From an uncultured Acidobacteriota bacterium (GTDB lineage Bacteria > Acidobacteriota > Terriglobia > Terriglobales > Acidobacteriaceae): a stretch of 64,000 nucleotides of DNA. The notes below the pieces were generated by a model. It saw nothing but the letters and a program-made list of their open reading frames with translations, had not been told where the DNA came from and did no database searches. The stretch lies in NCBI GenBank assembly GCA_963803775.1, contig CAWDNS010000004.1, positions 80,023 through 144,022 of the forward strand, written 5' to 3'. Position numbers and translations under genes: made by a program. Below are positions 19,472 to 28,326 of the stretch, piece after piece; within the stretch, counting starts at the first letter, position 1; each line of letters starts with the position of its first letter.

Positions 19472-19584
19472 GGGTGCCCCACTCCTTCGCGTTCTTTGCG
19501 AAGGGGTGGGCAAGGCGCCGCAAGCGCGCTTCGTATCAGAGAAGCTGAGCAGCACCGTGGAAGGACAGGCTTCAGCCGTGGCAT
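19472..19584 (+). repeat. REP-like module 1 (diverged single copy)
   Basis: GGGTGCCCCACTCCTTCGCGTTCTTTGCGAAGGGGTGGGCAAGG (13-bp stem hairpin) followed by a TTCGTATCAG... tail. This is the same module that opens each tandem unit. Confidence 0.6.
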
Positions 19585-19881
19585 CTACCTCATGCCTTCA
19601 CCGGACTGCGCCCTCATGTAAGACCGCAAAATGGCGTTGATGCGGGTCTGGTAGCCGCTGCCGGCCTTTTTCAGCCATCGCACAACATCCCGGTCAATCC
19701 GGATGGTCAGCCGGTCTTTGGGCTCGGGCATTCTCAACTTGGCCGTCTTCCAGAACGATTTACCCAGCCGGGGAATGTCGGAGTCATCGATGGCTGCATC
19801 CCTCATCTGGCGCAGGCGCCTGAGGTCAGTCTCGCCCCTGGCCCGTGCCCTCGAGGTGGTTCGCGTAATCTTGCCTTTCAT
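19585..19881 (-). CDS. brnA: BrnA-family antitoxin
   Basis: TDLRRLRQMRDAAIDDSDIP...RLTIRIDRDVVRWLKKAGSGYQTRINAILRSYM matches the BrnA (COG3514) pattern. It lies downstream of the toxin, as in brnTA. Confidence 0.8.
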   Translation of the reverse strand: MKGKITRTTSRARARGETDLRRLRQMRDAAIDDSDIPRLGKSFWKTAKLRMPEPKDRLTIRIDRDVVRWLKKAGSGYQTRINAILRSYMRAQSGEGMR

Positions 19882-20116
19882 TGCGATGTGCCCTCCTGGC
19901 TGAAATAATCCGCCGCTGTTTCCCGCGCATCACGTAAACCAGTACGATTTCAATGCCTTCCATCGAGCCGATAGCGACCATGCGCTCTTCGCCTCGACGG
20001 CGGTTCACGCTCTCGAACACCGGCCCATCAAAAACCCGTATGGCATCCCGAAAATCGATGCCATGCTTCGCCAGGTTCGTCTGCCGCTTACTCTCATCCC
20101 ACTCGAAAAGCATCAA
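19826..20116 (-). CDS. brnT: BrnT-family (DUF497) ribonuclease toxin
   Basis: FEWDESKRQTNLAKHGIDFRDAIRVFDGP...RRIISARRAHRNERQDY is the DUF497 signature. It overlaps brnA by 56 nt. Confidence 0.85.
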   Translation of the reverse strand: MMLFEWDESKRQTNLAKHGIDFRDAIRVFDGPVFESVNRRRGEERMVAIGSMEGIEIVLVYVMRGKQRRIISARRAHRNERQDYANHLEGTGQGRD

Positions 20117-20138
20117 AACGCCTCAGTGGACGGACGCC

Positions 20139-20153
20139 TGTACAAAGTGTACA
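20139..20153 (-). promoter_or_regulatory. Candidate brnTA operator
   Basis: TGTACA-AAG-TGTACA (two palindromic hexamers) lies 23 nt upstream of the brnT start. Confidence 0.35.
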
Positions 20154-20172
20154 TACATCGCCACGGGATTGT

Positions 20173-21050
20173 CAAACTACCGGGTGGCCATGGATTCTGG
20201 GTGCCCCACTCCTTCGCGTTCTTTGCGAAGGGGTGGGCAAGGCGCCGAAAGCGCGATTCGTATCAGGGAAGTTGAGCAGCACCCTGGAAGGGCACGGCCT
20301 CAAGAGCCTGCCCTGAGCCAAGTCGAAGGGTGCCGCCACAAACCCCAAACCCCTTGTCATCCTGAGCGAAGTTATCGTCCGCAACGCGGACGATAACGCA
20401 GCCGAAGGACCCCTAGACTGCCGACACAGCACAACAGCTTCAAGGCATTCTCCCCCGAACGCCGCTAGGTGTCCTGTGGGGCGGACACTCTTGTCCGCCG
20501 CCTTTGACTTGGCTTGTGTAGGCGCGGGCGTCCTCGCCCGTGCAAACTACCGGGTGGCCATGGATTCTGGGTGCCCCACTCCTTCGCGTTCTTTGCGAAG
20601 GGGTGGGCAAGGCGCCGAAAGCGCGATTCGTATCAGGGAAGTTGAGCAGCACCCTGGAAGGGCACGGCCTCAAGAGCCTGCCCTGAGCCAAGTCGAAGGG
20701 TGCCGCCACAACCCCAAACCCCTTGTCATCCTGAGCGAAGTTATCGTCCGCAACGCGGACGATAACGCAGCCGAAGGACCCCTAGACTGCCGACACAGCA
20801 CGACAGCTTCAAGGCATTCTCCCCCGAACGCCGCCAGGCGTCCCGTGTGGGGCGGACACTCTTGTCCGCCGCCTTTGATCTGCTCGTGTAGGCGCGGCGT
20901 CCTTGCCCGTGCAAACCGCCGGGTGGACCATTCTAACGTCGCGCTGGGTGCCCCACTCCTTCGCGTTCTTTGCGAAGGGGTGGGCAAGGCGCCGAAAGCG
21001 CGATTCGTATCAGGGAAGTCGAGGAGCACCGTCGAAGCGCACGGCTTCCT
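20173..21050 (+). repeat. Tandem repeat with a 370-bp period, about 2.4 copies; each unit is a composite of three REP-like modules
   Basis: CAAACTACCGGGTGG begins at 20173 and 20543, and a diverged CAAACCGCCGGGTGG begins at 20913. The first ~290 nt of units 1 and 2 are nearly identical (a few substitutions and 1-nt indels). Modules are the CCCACTCCTTCGC hairpin, TCATCCTGAGCGAAG...GCAGCCGAAGGACC and the GGGGCGGACACTCTTGTCCGCC hairpin. Confidence 0.88.
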
Positions 21051-21210
21051 AGTACCCAATACAAACTGGGCCAGATAAAGGATTTTGGACGCTTAGCGCC
21101 CCAAGCTCAACTTCAAGGCACGCCGATTTGGAGCGTGGGAAACGCCGACGAATCAGGGGATGCCTGGCTACTTTTCAAAGCGGTGGCGGAAAAGATCATT
21201 GAACGCGCAG

Positions 21211-21915
21211 ATGCCAAATAAAGCTCAAAAGAGACTAATTGAGGAGTTGGTGCATCATTATCGGGAGAGCATCCCCGACTTCAAGACGTTCGCCTCAGTC
21301 TTACGGACGCAGATCCTCGGATCCCCAGGCCTGCGAAAACACATCCGATTTGTTCGCGTGCGAGTTAAGGACCCGAATCATCTTCGTGACAAGCTTTACC
21401 GAAAGTTAAAAGAATCGTCCGACAAAGGGAAGATTTTCAATTATTCGAAGAAGAATCTGTTTGTAAAGATCAACGATTTGACGGGTTTGCGAATTATCCA
21501 TCTTCACACTCAGCAAATCATTCCAATACGAGACGGCCTCCGGGCACTCTTTCAGGAAGAAAAATATCGCGTCGTCGATGGCCCTACCGCGAGAATTTGG
21601 GATGAGGAGTACAAGCGGTTTTTCAAAAAAGCAGGAATTGCCACCAAGACTAGCAAAACTCTCTACACAAGCGTTCATTACATTCTGAAGCCCAATAGAA
21701 CAACTCCAATCACCTGCGAGTTACAGGTCCGAACTTTATTAGAAGAGGTCTGGGGCGAGGTAGACCACGAGCTCAATTATCCGCACGAATCGAAGATTCT
21801 GGCCTGCCGGGAGCAGCTCGCAGCGCTTGCTCGCGCGACATGGAGCTGCAATCGGCTGATTGATGCGATCTATCGCACCAAGGACGAAGCCGACCAGCGC
21901 ATCGCAGGGGCTTGA
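21211..21915 (+). CDS. Stand-alone RelA/SpoT-domain nucleotidyl (pyrophospho)transferase, small alarmone synthetase-like
   Basis: Synthetase motifs LTGLRIIHL, YTSVHYIL and CELQVRTLLEEVWGEVDHELNYP. There is no hydrolase, TGS or ACT region. The gene is visibly lower in GC than its neighbours. ATG 21211 is preferred over 21160. Confidence 0.8.
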   Translation: MPNKAQKRLIEELVHHYRESIPDFKTFASVLRTQILGSPGLRKHIRFVRVRVKDPNHLRDKLYRKLKESSDKGKIFNYSKKNLFVKINDLTGLRIIHLHTQQIIPIRDGLRALFQEEKYRVVDGPTARIWDEEYKRFFKKAGIATKTSKTLYTSVHYILKPNRTTPITCELQVRTLLEEVWGEVDHELNYPHESKILACREQLAALARATWSCNRLIDAIYRTKDEADQRIAGA

Positions 21916-21953
21916 AAGCGACCTTCTGTGTGTTTGCAGCATACACGTCCGTC

Positions 21954-21977
21954 GGTGTGAAGGGGTTTCCTCACACC
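21954..21977. terminator. Hairpin between convergent genes (possible bidirectional terminator)
   Basis: GGTGTGA-AGGGGTTTCC-TCACACC lies between the RelA/SpoT-domain gene stop and the uvrB stop. Confidence 0.4.
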
Positions 21978-21981
21978 TCGC

Positions 21982-23973
21982 TCACGCAAACAAGAACTCC
22001 TTCGTCCGCAACTCCTTGACCATATCCCTCAACTTCGCCGCCTTCTCAAACTCAAACCGCTTCGCGGCTTCGCGCATGTCGCTTTCTAATTTGCCGATAT
22101 AGACATCCAACTCCTCCTGCGACTTGAATTCGGGGATGCCTTCGACTTCGCCACCGGTAAGGTCGGTGTAGTCGGCTTCGATGATGCGCACCAGCGTCAT
22201 ATCCAGCGGCCGGATGATCGACTCCGGAGTTATACCGTTCTCCACGTTATAAGCTTCCTGAATCGCGCGCCGGCGATTGGTCTCGTCCATGGCTTTCTTC
22301 ATGGAGTCGGTCATGCGGTCGGCATAGAGAATCGCTCGGCCGTTCAGGTTGCGGGCGCAGCGGCCAATGGTCTGGATTAACGACCCGCTCGAACGCAGGA
22401 AGCCTTCTTTATCCGCATCAAGGATTGCCACCAGCGAAACTTCCGGCAAATCCAGGCCTTCGCGCAGCAGGTTGATGCCGATCAGCACATCGAACTCGCC
22501 CTTGCGCAGGTCGCGCAGAATCTTGATGCGTTCCAGGGTTTCGATTTCAGAATGAAGATAGCGGCATTTCACCCCAACTTCGCTGTAGTATTCAGCCAAA
22601 TCTTCGGACATGCGCTTGGTGAGCGTAGTCACCAGCACCCGCTCGCCCCGCGCCACGCGCTGCCGAATCTCGTGCAGCAGGTCGTCAATCTGTCCCTTGA
22701 CCGGGCGAATGTCGACGGGAGGATCGACCAGGCCGGTAGGCCGGATGATCTGCTCGATGACCACTCCCGCCGACTTCGTCAGCTCATAAGGCCCCGGCGT
22801 AGCCGAGACATAGATCGACAGGTTCATGCGACGCTCGAATTCTTCAAACGTCAGCGGACGATTGTCGAGCGCCGAAGGCATGCGAAAGCCATATTCGACC
22901 AGCGTTTCTTTCCGCGAACGGTCGCCGTGATACATGCCATGCAACTGCGGCACCGTCTGATGGGACTCGTCGATGAAGGTAAGAAAGTCGCGTGGGAAAT
23001 AGTCGAGCAAAGTAGGCGGAGGCTCCCCCGGAAGCCGCCCAGTAAAATGCCGTGAGTAATTTTCAATTCCATGGCAATAGCCCATGGCCTTGATCATCTC
23101 AATGTCATACATAACCCGCTGATGCACGCGCTGCGACTCGACCAGCCGTCCCTGTTTCTCAAGTTCCGCTTCCCACCACTTCAACTCCTCGCGGATCGAA
23201 GTAACCGCCTTCGACCGAGTCTCCGGCTTCATCACATAATGCGTCTTCGGATAGATCGGCAAACGAACATACTTCTGTTTCACCGTCCCGAATAACGGAT
23301 CGATTTGCGATAAAGAATCAACCTCATCCCCAAACAATTCGACCCGATAAGCCATATCATCATAAGTAGGGAATATTTCGATGACATCTCCACGAACCCG
23401 AAAAGTCCCCCGCCGAAAGTCGCCATCAGTCCGCTCGTAAAGCACTTCGACCAGCTTGCGAGTAATATCCTCCCGCCGAATCTTCTGCCCCTTTTCCAGA
23501 AACAACATCATCCCGTAATAAGCTTCCGGCGACCCCAACCCATAAATACAACTAACCGAAGAAACAATCAGAACATCCCGCCGCTCAAACAAAGACCGGG
23601 TCGCCGACAGCCGCAACTTGTCGAGCTCATCATTAATGGTAGCTTCCTTCTCAATATAAAGATCAGCCGCCGGCACATAAGCCTCCGGCTGGAAATAATC
23701 ATAGTATGAGACGAAGTACTCTACGGCGTTGTGGGGGAAGAAGTTCTTGAATTCGTGATAGAGCTGGGCGGCTAGGGTTTTGTTGTGGGCCATCACGAGC
23801 GCCGGCCGGTTGGACTGCTCGATGACTTTGGCCATGGTGTAGGTCTTGCCGGATCCGGTGACGCCGAGGAGAACCTGGTGTTGCTCGCGGTCGAAGACGC
23901 CTTTCATGAGCGAGTCGATGGCGTGGGCCTGATCGCCTTGCGGGGTGTAGTTGGAAACTAGTTTGAAGTCCAT
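21982..23973 (-). CDS. uvrB: Excinuclease ABC subunit B
   Basis: [19 protein letters not shown]..., GVTGSGKT, helicase motifs and the C-terminal UVR domain (FEKAAKLRD). ATG 23973 is preferred over 23997. Confidence 0.95.
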   Translation of the reverse strand: MDFKLVSNYTPQGDQAHAIDSLMKGVFDREQHQVLLGVTGSGKTYTMAKVIEQSNRPALVMAHNKTLAAQLYHEFKNFFPHNAVEYFVSYYDYFQPEAYVPAADLYIEKEATINDELDKLRLSATRSLFERRDVLIVSSVSCIYGLGSPEAYYGMMLFLEKGQKIRREDITRKLVEVLYERTDGDFRRGTFRVRGDVIEIFPTYDDMAYRVELFGDEVDSLSQIDPLFGTVKQKYVRLPIYPKTHYVMKPETRSKAVTSIREELKWWEAELEKQGRLVESQRVHQRVMYDIEMIKAMGYCHGIENYSRHFTGRLPGEPPPTLLDYFPRDFLTFIDESHQTVPQLHGMYHGDRSRKETLVEYGFRMPSALDNRPLTFEEFERRMNLSIYVSATPGPYELTKSAGVVIEQIIRPTGLVDPPVDIRPVKGQIDDLLHEIRQRVARGERVLVTTLTKRMSEDLAEYYSEVGVKCRYLHSEIETLERIKILRDLRKGEFDVLIGINLLREGLDLPEVSLVAILDADKEGFLRSSGSLIQTIGRCARNLNGRAILYADRMTDSMKKAMDETNRRRAIQEAYNVENGITPESIIRPLDMTLVRIIEADYTDLTGGEVEGIPEFKSQEELDVYIGKLESDMREAAKRFEFEKAAKLRDMVKELRTKEFLFA

Positions 23974-24080
23974 GGGGAAGCTTTCAGCCGTCAGCACTCA
24001 GCTTTCAGCTCGAAGCGCAAGCCATCGCTCACAGGCTGCAATTTCGGCTGATGGGCAATTTTTTATTATAAACGGGAGGC

Positions 24081-24120
24081 TTAACCACAGAGGACACAGA
24101 GATCACAGAGGAAAACCTGC
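24081..24120 (-). repeat. CTCTGTG-heptad intergenic element, copy 3 (three heptads)
   Basis: The reverse complement reads GCAGGTTTTCCTCTGTGATCTCTGTGTCCTCTGTGGTTAA, 64 nt downstream of the stop of the minus-strand REC-TonB gene. Confidence 0.6.
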
Positions 24121-24183
24121 AAGGGATTTGCGGGGATCCGCGAAAGCGCCTTCATCGCAGAGATCGCGGAGAAAAACCGAGGC

Positions 24184-25971
24184 CTACGGCAGGGTAAAGT
24201 TGACCGTGATCTGGGTTTGGATTTCCATGGGCTGGCTGTCGAGCAGATAGGGTTTGTATTTCCATTGCTTGACCGCGTCCATGGCGGCGTGTGCCAGTAC
24301 GGGCTCGCCTTTGAGCAGCTTGACGGCGGTGATGTCGCCGTCTTTGCTAATGGTGGCCAGCAACAGGACTGCACCTTGCAGGTGTGCTTGCATCGCCCGC
24401 GCAGGATAGACGGGCGCGACTTTCTTGACCAGGAGACCTTGCGATACTCCCTGCGATATTTTAAGAGTCCCAGGACCGGGTTGCGGCACCGAGCTTGGCA
24501 TACTCACCAGGCCGGAAATTGCGCTGTCATTCGACTGCGAGCTGGCGGCCACGGCATCGGGAGCGGTTGCATCCGCGGCTTCCACGGGCGCAGGTTTGGG
24601 CGCAGCAGGTCTCGGAGTTTTGGTGTCAACGAAGACTGTGCCCTCGCCGATTTCCTTCACTACTCCGGGAGGCGTGGGCGGATCGAACGAAGTGGCGTTT
24701 ACCGCGGACTTTCTTGGAGAGGACGCGATCACAATGGTCTCAGTCGCGGGTGAAGGTTTCTGTGGAGTTGGTGCGACTGAATTTGAATTCTGAGTGGAAA
24801 TCGGACGGGCCGAAGGGGATCCTGATTGCACCTGCATGCCGGTGGTTGCAGCAGTTGGCGCCGGAGTCACCGAGACGGGAACATCCGCTGCGGGCTTTGA
24901 AATGTGAGGAGTGGCTGCAGTGCTAGTCTTGTGCAGCAAAGACGATATGGCCGACACTTGCCAATGGGTCTGGGTTCCGGCGCGATAAATGGCGCCGCCG
25001 GCTGCGGCGATCAGAATGATGGCTGCGATGCGGCCCCAGTTGACGGCCGATCCGCTGGAGTGTGGTGTGACCGCCATCGGGATCGAACCAGGTTGAGTCG
25101 GCTCATCGAGAGCAGAAATCTCGTCAATGGCGACAGGTTCTTTTGCTTTTGCCGGCGCGGCGGCTGCGCCGTATCCCGCGCTGATGCCAGAGTCAGGCCG
25201 GCCAGTCGCTTCGGCGGCATGCTTGAGGGCCGACGTCATGGATTCCGACATTGGCTGGGCCGTGGATTGCCAGGGATATTGCTTTGCCGCGGGCGTTGCC
25301 TGATCGTGGGGACGAATCGTATCTGCCTGATCGGAGACTGACTCAAGAAAGGCGGCTTCGGCCGGTTCGGGTTTGGGGCCGGGATCTTTTTCTACTTCGA
25401 AAGCTGAGGACGAAGCGGCCGGCGCATACGAAGGCGCCGGATTGGTCACAAATGCAGGTTTCGAAATCGCCGGTGGAACGGAGACTGGCCGTGAGGGAGG
25501 AACGATGGCCGAAGTCGCGAACGACGGCGGCGCAATCGAAGGCGATGTGGCCTGAGGACGCGCGAGAGTTTCCGGAGCTTTGCCTGATGTCTTGGCAGCT
25601 TCGTTCTTGCGCAACAGGCCGCGCGCTACGCGCAGCGTGCCTTTGGACTGCTCTACATTAATAGGTTTGGTGAGTACCAGGTTGGCGCCGATACGGAAGG
25701 CTTTGGCCACTCCACTTTGTCCCTCAACCACGGCGACCGAAAGCGAAGCCTGATTGAACTCGGAGTTGCGCGCGCTCTTGAACAGCAGGGTGGCATTCTG
25801 CTCGTTGTCGCAATCGACGACGACGGCGTCGAAGTGCCCTGCCATCAGCTTCTTAACGGCAGCAAAAGGCTCGTTGCAGGCTTCCACCTGAAATTCCAGT
25901 TCGCTGAGGACCTGGGTCACCGTCTTGGCGGTTCTATCGTCGGGACAGAATAAGAGGGCCTTGTAGCTCAT
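24184..25971 (-). CDS. Response-regulator receiver fused, through long P/A/S-rich linkers and one TM segment, to a TonB C-terminal domain
   Basis: REC features are LLFCPDD, AVVVDCD and LVLTKP. The TM segment is IAAIILIAAAGGAIY. TonB_C is KVAPVYPARAMQAHLQGAVLLLATISKDGDITAVKLLKGEPVLAHAAMDAVKQWKYKPY. Confidence 0.75.
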   Translation of the reverse strand: MSYKALLFCPDDRTAKTVTQVLSELEFQVEACNEPFAAVKKLMAGHFDAVVVDCDNEQNATLLFKSARNSEFNQASLSVAVVEGQSGVAKAFRIGANLVLTKPINVEQSKGTLRVARGLLRKNEAAKTSGKAPETLARPQATSPSIAPPSFATSAIVPPSRPVSVPPAISKPAFVTNPAPSYAPAASSSAFEVEKDPGPKPEPAEAAFLESVSDQADTIRPHDQATPAAKQYPWQSTAQPMSESMTSALKHAAEATGRPDSGISAGYGAAAAPAKAKEPVAIDEISALDEPTQPGSIPMAVTPHSSGSAVNWGRIAAIILIAAAGGAIYRAGTQTHWQVSAISSLLHKTSTAATPHISKPAADVPVSVTPAPTAATTGMQVQSGSPSARPISTQNSNSVAPTPQKPSPATETIVIASSPRKSAVNATSFDPPTPPGVVKEIGEGTVFVDTKTPRPAAPKPAPVEAADATAPDAVAASSQSNDSAISGLVSMPSSVPQPGPGTLKISQGVSQGLLVKKVAPVYPARAMQAHLQGAVLLLATISKDGDITAVKLLKGEPVLAHAAMDAVKQWKYKPYLLDSQPMEIQTQITVNFTLP

Positions 25972-26062
25972 AGTGGCATGGTAGGTACCTCGGTGCGGAG
26001 CTTCAAGTTACGGAGGGTATTGGACTTGCGGGGAGGTTTAGGCGGGTGGGCAGCGACCTATG

Positions 26063-26081
26063 TGGTAAGATTGTCTTACCA
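26063..26081 (+). promoter_or_regulatory. Candidate VapB operator overlapping the start codon
   Basis: Perfect inverted repeat TGGTAAGA-TTG-TCTTACCA ending at the A of the vapB ATG. Confidence 0.4.
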
Positions 26082-26338
26082 TGGAGACTACAGTTTCCAC
26101 CAAAGGCCAAGTCGTATTGCCGGGACCGCTGCGTCGCCGGCTCGACATCCGCGCGGGCGATCCGCTGGACGCCAACATTGAGGACGGCCGGATCGTGCTG
26201 ACACCGCGCAGAAAACACGGCCGTCGGGTCAAAATCGTCAAGGACCCGATTACCGGGTTGCCGGTTCTAAGTGCGGGTGCGAACGCGCCAACCCTGACCA
26301 GCAAAGAAGTAGAAGAAATCCTCAGTAATTTCCCATGA
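26081..26338 (+). CDS. vapB: AbrB/MazE/SpoVT-fold antitoxin (VapB-type)
   Basis: TVSTKGQVVLPGPLRRRLDIRAGDPL is the swapped-hairpin SpoVT/AbrB motif. It has an ATGA overlap with the PIN gene. Confidence 0.8.
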   Translation: METTVSTKGQVVLPGPLRRRLDIRAGDPLDANIEDGRIVLTPRRKHGRRVKIVKDPITGLPVLSAGANAPTLTSKEVEEILSNFP

Positions 26339-26730
26339 TTTACCTGCTTGATGTAAACGCACTGGTGGCACTTGGATTCGACAGTCACGAGTTCCATTCG
26401 CGAGTGGCGACGTGGGTTCGAGCAGAAGATGCCTTGCATCTGGCGACCAGCTCGATCACCGAGCTTGGATTTGTGCGTGTGCTGGCTCAGACGCCGGCTT
26501 ACGACCTCACCGTGACCCAAGCCCGTACGTTACTGACAAGGCTCAAGCGTTCACGAGCGGTCCGCTTTAGTTTCATTGCCGACGGACATGACGTTTCACA
26601 TCTCCCCGTCTGGGTCAAAACGCCGAATCAAATTACCGACGGTCATTTGGTAAAGCTTGCGAGCGCAAATGGTACGGTGCTGGCGACTCTGGATGAGAGC
26701 ATTCCGGGGGCATTCGTGGTGCCTCGGTAA
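26335..26730 (+). CDS. vapC: PIN-domain ribonuclease toxin (VapC-type)
   Basis: Acidic residues sit at the expected PIN positions: MIYLLDVNAL (Asp), SITELGF (Glu), ITDGHL (Asp) and TLDE. Confidence 0.85.
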   Translation: MIYLLDVNALVALGFDSHEFHSRVATWVRAEDALHLATSSITELGFVRVLAQTPAYDLTVTQARTLLTRLKRSRAVRFSFIADGHDVSHLPVWVKTPNQITDGHLVKLASANGTVLATLDESIPGAFVVPR

Positions 26731-26760
26731 GGTTCTCCCGACGGACTGGTCATCGTCAAA

Positions 26761-28024
26761 TCACTTGGTGAGCTCGAAAACCACGCCGCCGCCGGACGTC
26801 GAATTGAACGTTGTGCTAAAAACGTTACCTGAGCTGTCGAGGATGACACCGGCATTGGGGTGTTCCCCGGAGGATCCTCCGAAGTTGCCGTAGATTGTCT
26901 CAACCACTTTTCCGCCAGATCGTTTCAGCTGAAAAACCGAGCCAAAACCTGAGCCGTTTGTGCCTCCCTCAGAGGTTGTGCCATACAGCCTGCCGCGTTG
27001 ATGGAAGGTCAAGCTACCAACGGGATTCGCACCATCGCCCGCGGAACCTCCCCCGAACTGGTGGAGAACAAGGAGGGACCAACTACCAGACTCTTTCGGC
27101 GACAAGCGAAAAACTGTACCGCACCCGGCGGAGCCCGTATCGCAGGCTACTGTCCCTCCCTCCTCGGTCGTTCCGTAGAGATTTCCCAAGGAATCGAAAA
27201 CGACGCGAGACTCGGAACCTGATCCGTCGTGGCCGTTGAAGGTGTGGAGTATCTTCTCCGTCCAGCCGCCACCCTGAGAGGGCGTCAACTCGAACACGGT
27301 GCCGCAGCCGGAGTGATGGCAACCGGAGCTACCGCCGGAAGCAGTTGTCCCGAAGAGGTCGCCTTGTCCGTCAAAGACTACGCCTGAATACACCGGGTTG
27401 TAACCGTCATTGCCACCCAGAAAGCTGTAGAGTATCGACTCACTCCACTGGCCGTTGCCGGACGTCAGTTCATACACCGTGCCGCAGCCTCCGGAGCAGT
27501 TAGTCGATCCGCCTCTGCCCGTAGTCCCGTAGAGATTTCCCGCCGCATCCAACACTAATCCGCTCTCTACCGTGGCCCCATCTCCGGGATAGCCTCCGAA
27601 GCTATACAGTACGCTTTCGCTCCATTGACCCGACAACGACGGCATTCAATTCGAAGACGGTGCCGGCTCCGTATGTGCCTCCAGCGGAGGTAGTCCCGTA
27701 CAAATTCCCATTGCCGTCCATCACCAGGCCAGCGACGGGGTCGCTGCCATCATCGCCTCCAGCAAACGAGTAGAGGACGTTGAGATTCCATACCCCACCT
27801 GGGCCTGGAGAGAGTTCGTAGACGCTTCCATTGCCGGTGGCTCCCCCTTGATCGGCTGTCCCGTAGATATTGCCGGCTGAATCGAACATGAGGTTTCCGG
27901 AAAGGAGTGAGCCGTCTTCGAAGGCATGCAGTATCTTTTCCTGAACCTGACCCATGGCGCTGCTCGCGAGCAGGAGCAATGTGCAGGCCAGGACCATCCG
28001 CCAATAGGTTCGTAGTCTTGACAT
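26761..28024 (-). pseudogene. GloVer-repeat (choice-of-anchor tandem repeat) secreted protein, split by a frameshift near 27640-27650
   Basis: ORFs 27602..28024 (signal peptide, ...GTVFELN) and 26761..27645 (PSLSGQWSESVLYSF...) join into one ~420-aa protein of LYGTT..GG..G.GTVF repeats. The intact paralog is at 32757..34013. Confidence 0.7.
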
Positions 28025-28170
28025 TTGAGGCCTCCGTTCAACCGATGGAAATGCACGCCCGGCGCGACGTTAGTGAGTTTACTCCAAAAGCAGGGCAACA
28101 ACGTTATCTGGTTTTGAGGAGTGTGTGACCGTTAACTCAGGCGCGCGTCGAATAATGCCAGTCAATACTG

Positions 28171-28248
28171 CCGGGTGCCCTAGGTGTCGCTGGTTTTGCG
28201 AGACCTGGGAGTAGCTACATGTGCAGTGGTAAGGCTTAGCGAGACTCT
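28171..28248 (+). repeat. REP-like element, left copy flanking the PIN/Phd cassette
   Basis: CCGGGTGCCCTAGGTGTCGCTGGTTTTGCGAGACCTGGGAGTAGCTACATGTGCAGTGGTAAGGCTTAGCGAGAC aligns, by eye mostly identical, with 29032-29108 in the same orientation. Confidence 0.7.
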
Positions 28249-28326
28249 GTTGGACGGTCGTGTCGGCTCACGCACGCCGGGGATTTCGCTCCCGCCCAGT
28301 GACCCTACCGAAAGCTGTCCAGTGGT

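Noticed and set aside
20173-21050. Possible CRISPR array
   Set aside because: The period is 370 bp and the whole unit repeats, with no unique spacers. There is no short repeat/spacer alternation and no cas genes in the window.
20440-21078. Long ORFs (89, 200, 129 and 83 aa) inside the 370-bp tandem repeat
   Set aside because: They simply read through REP-like modules on both strands. Their sequences repeat with the DNA period and are rich in Arg, Pro and Ala. They have no start context or motif.
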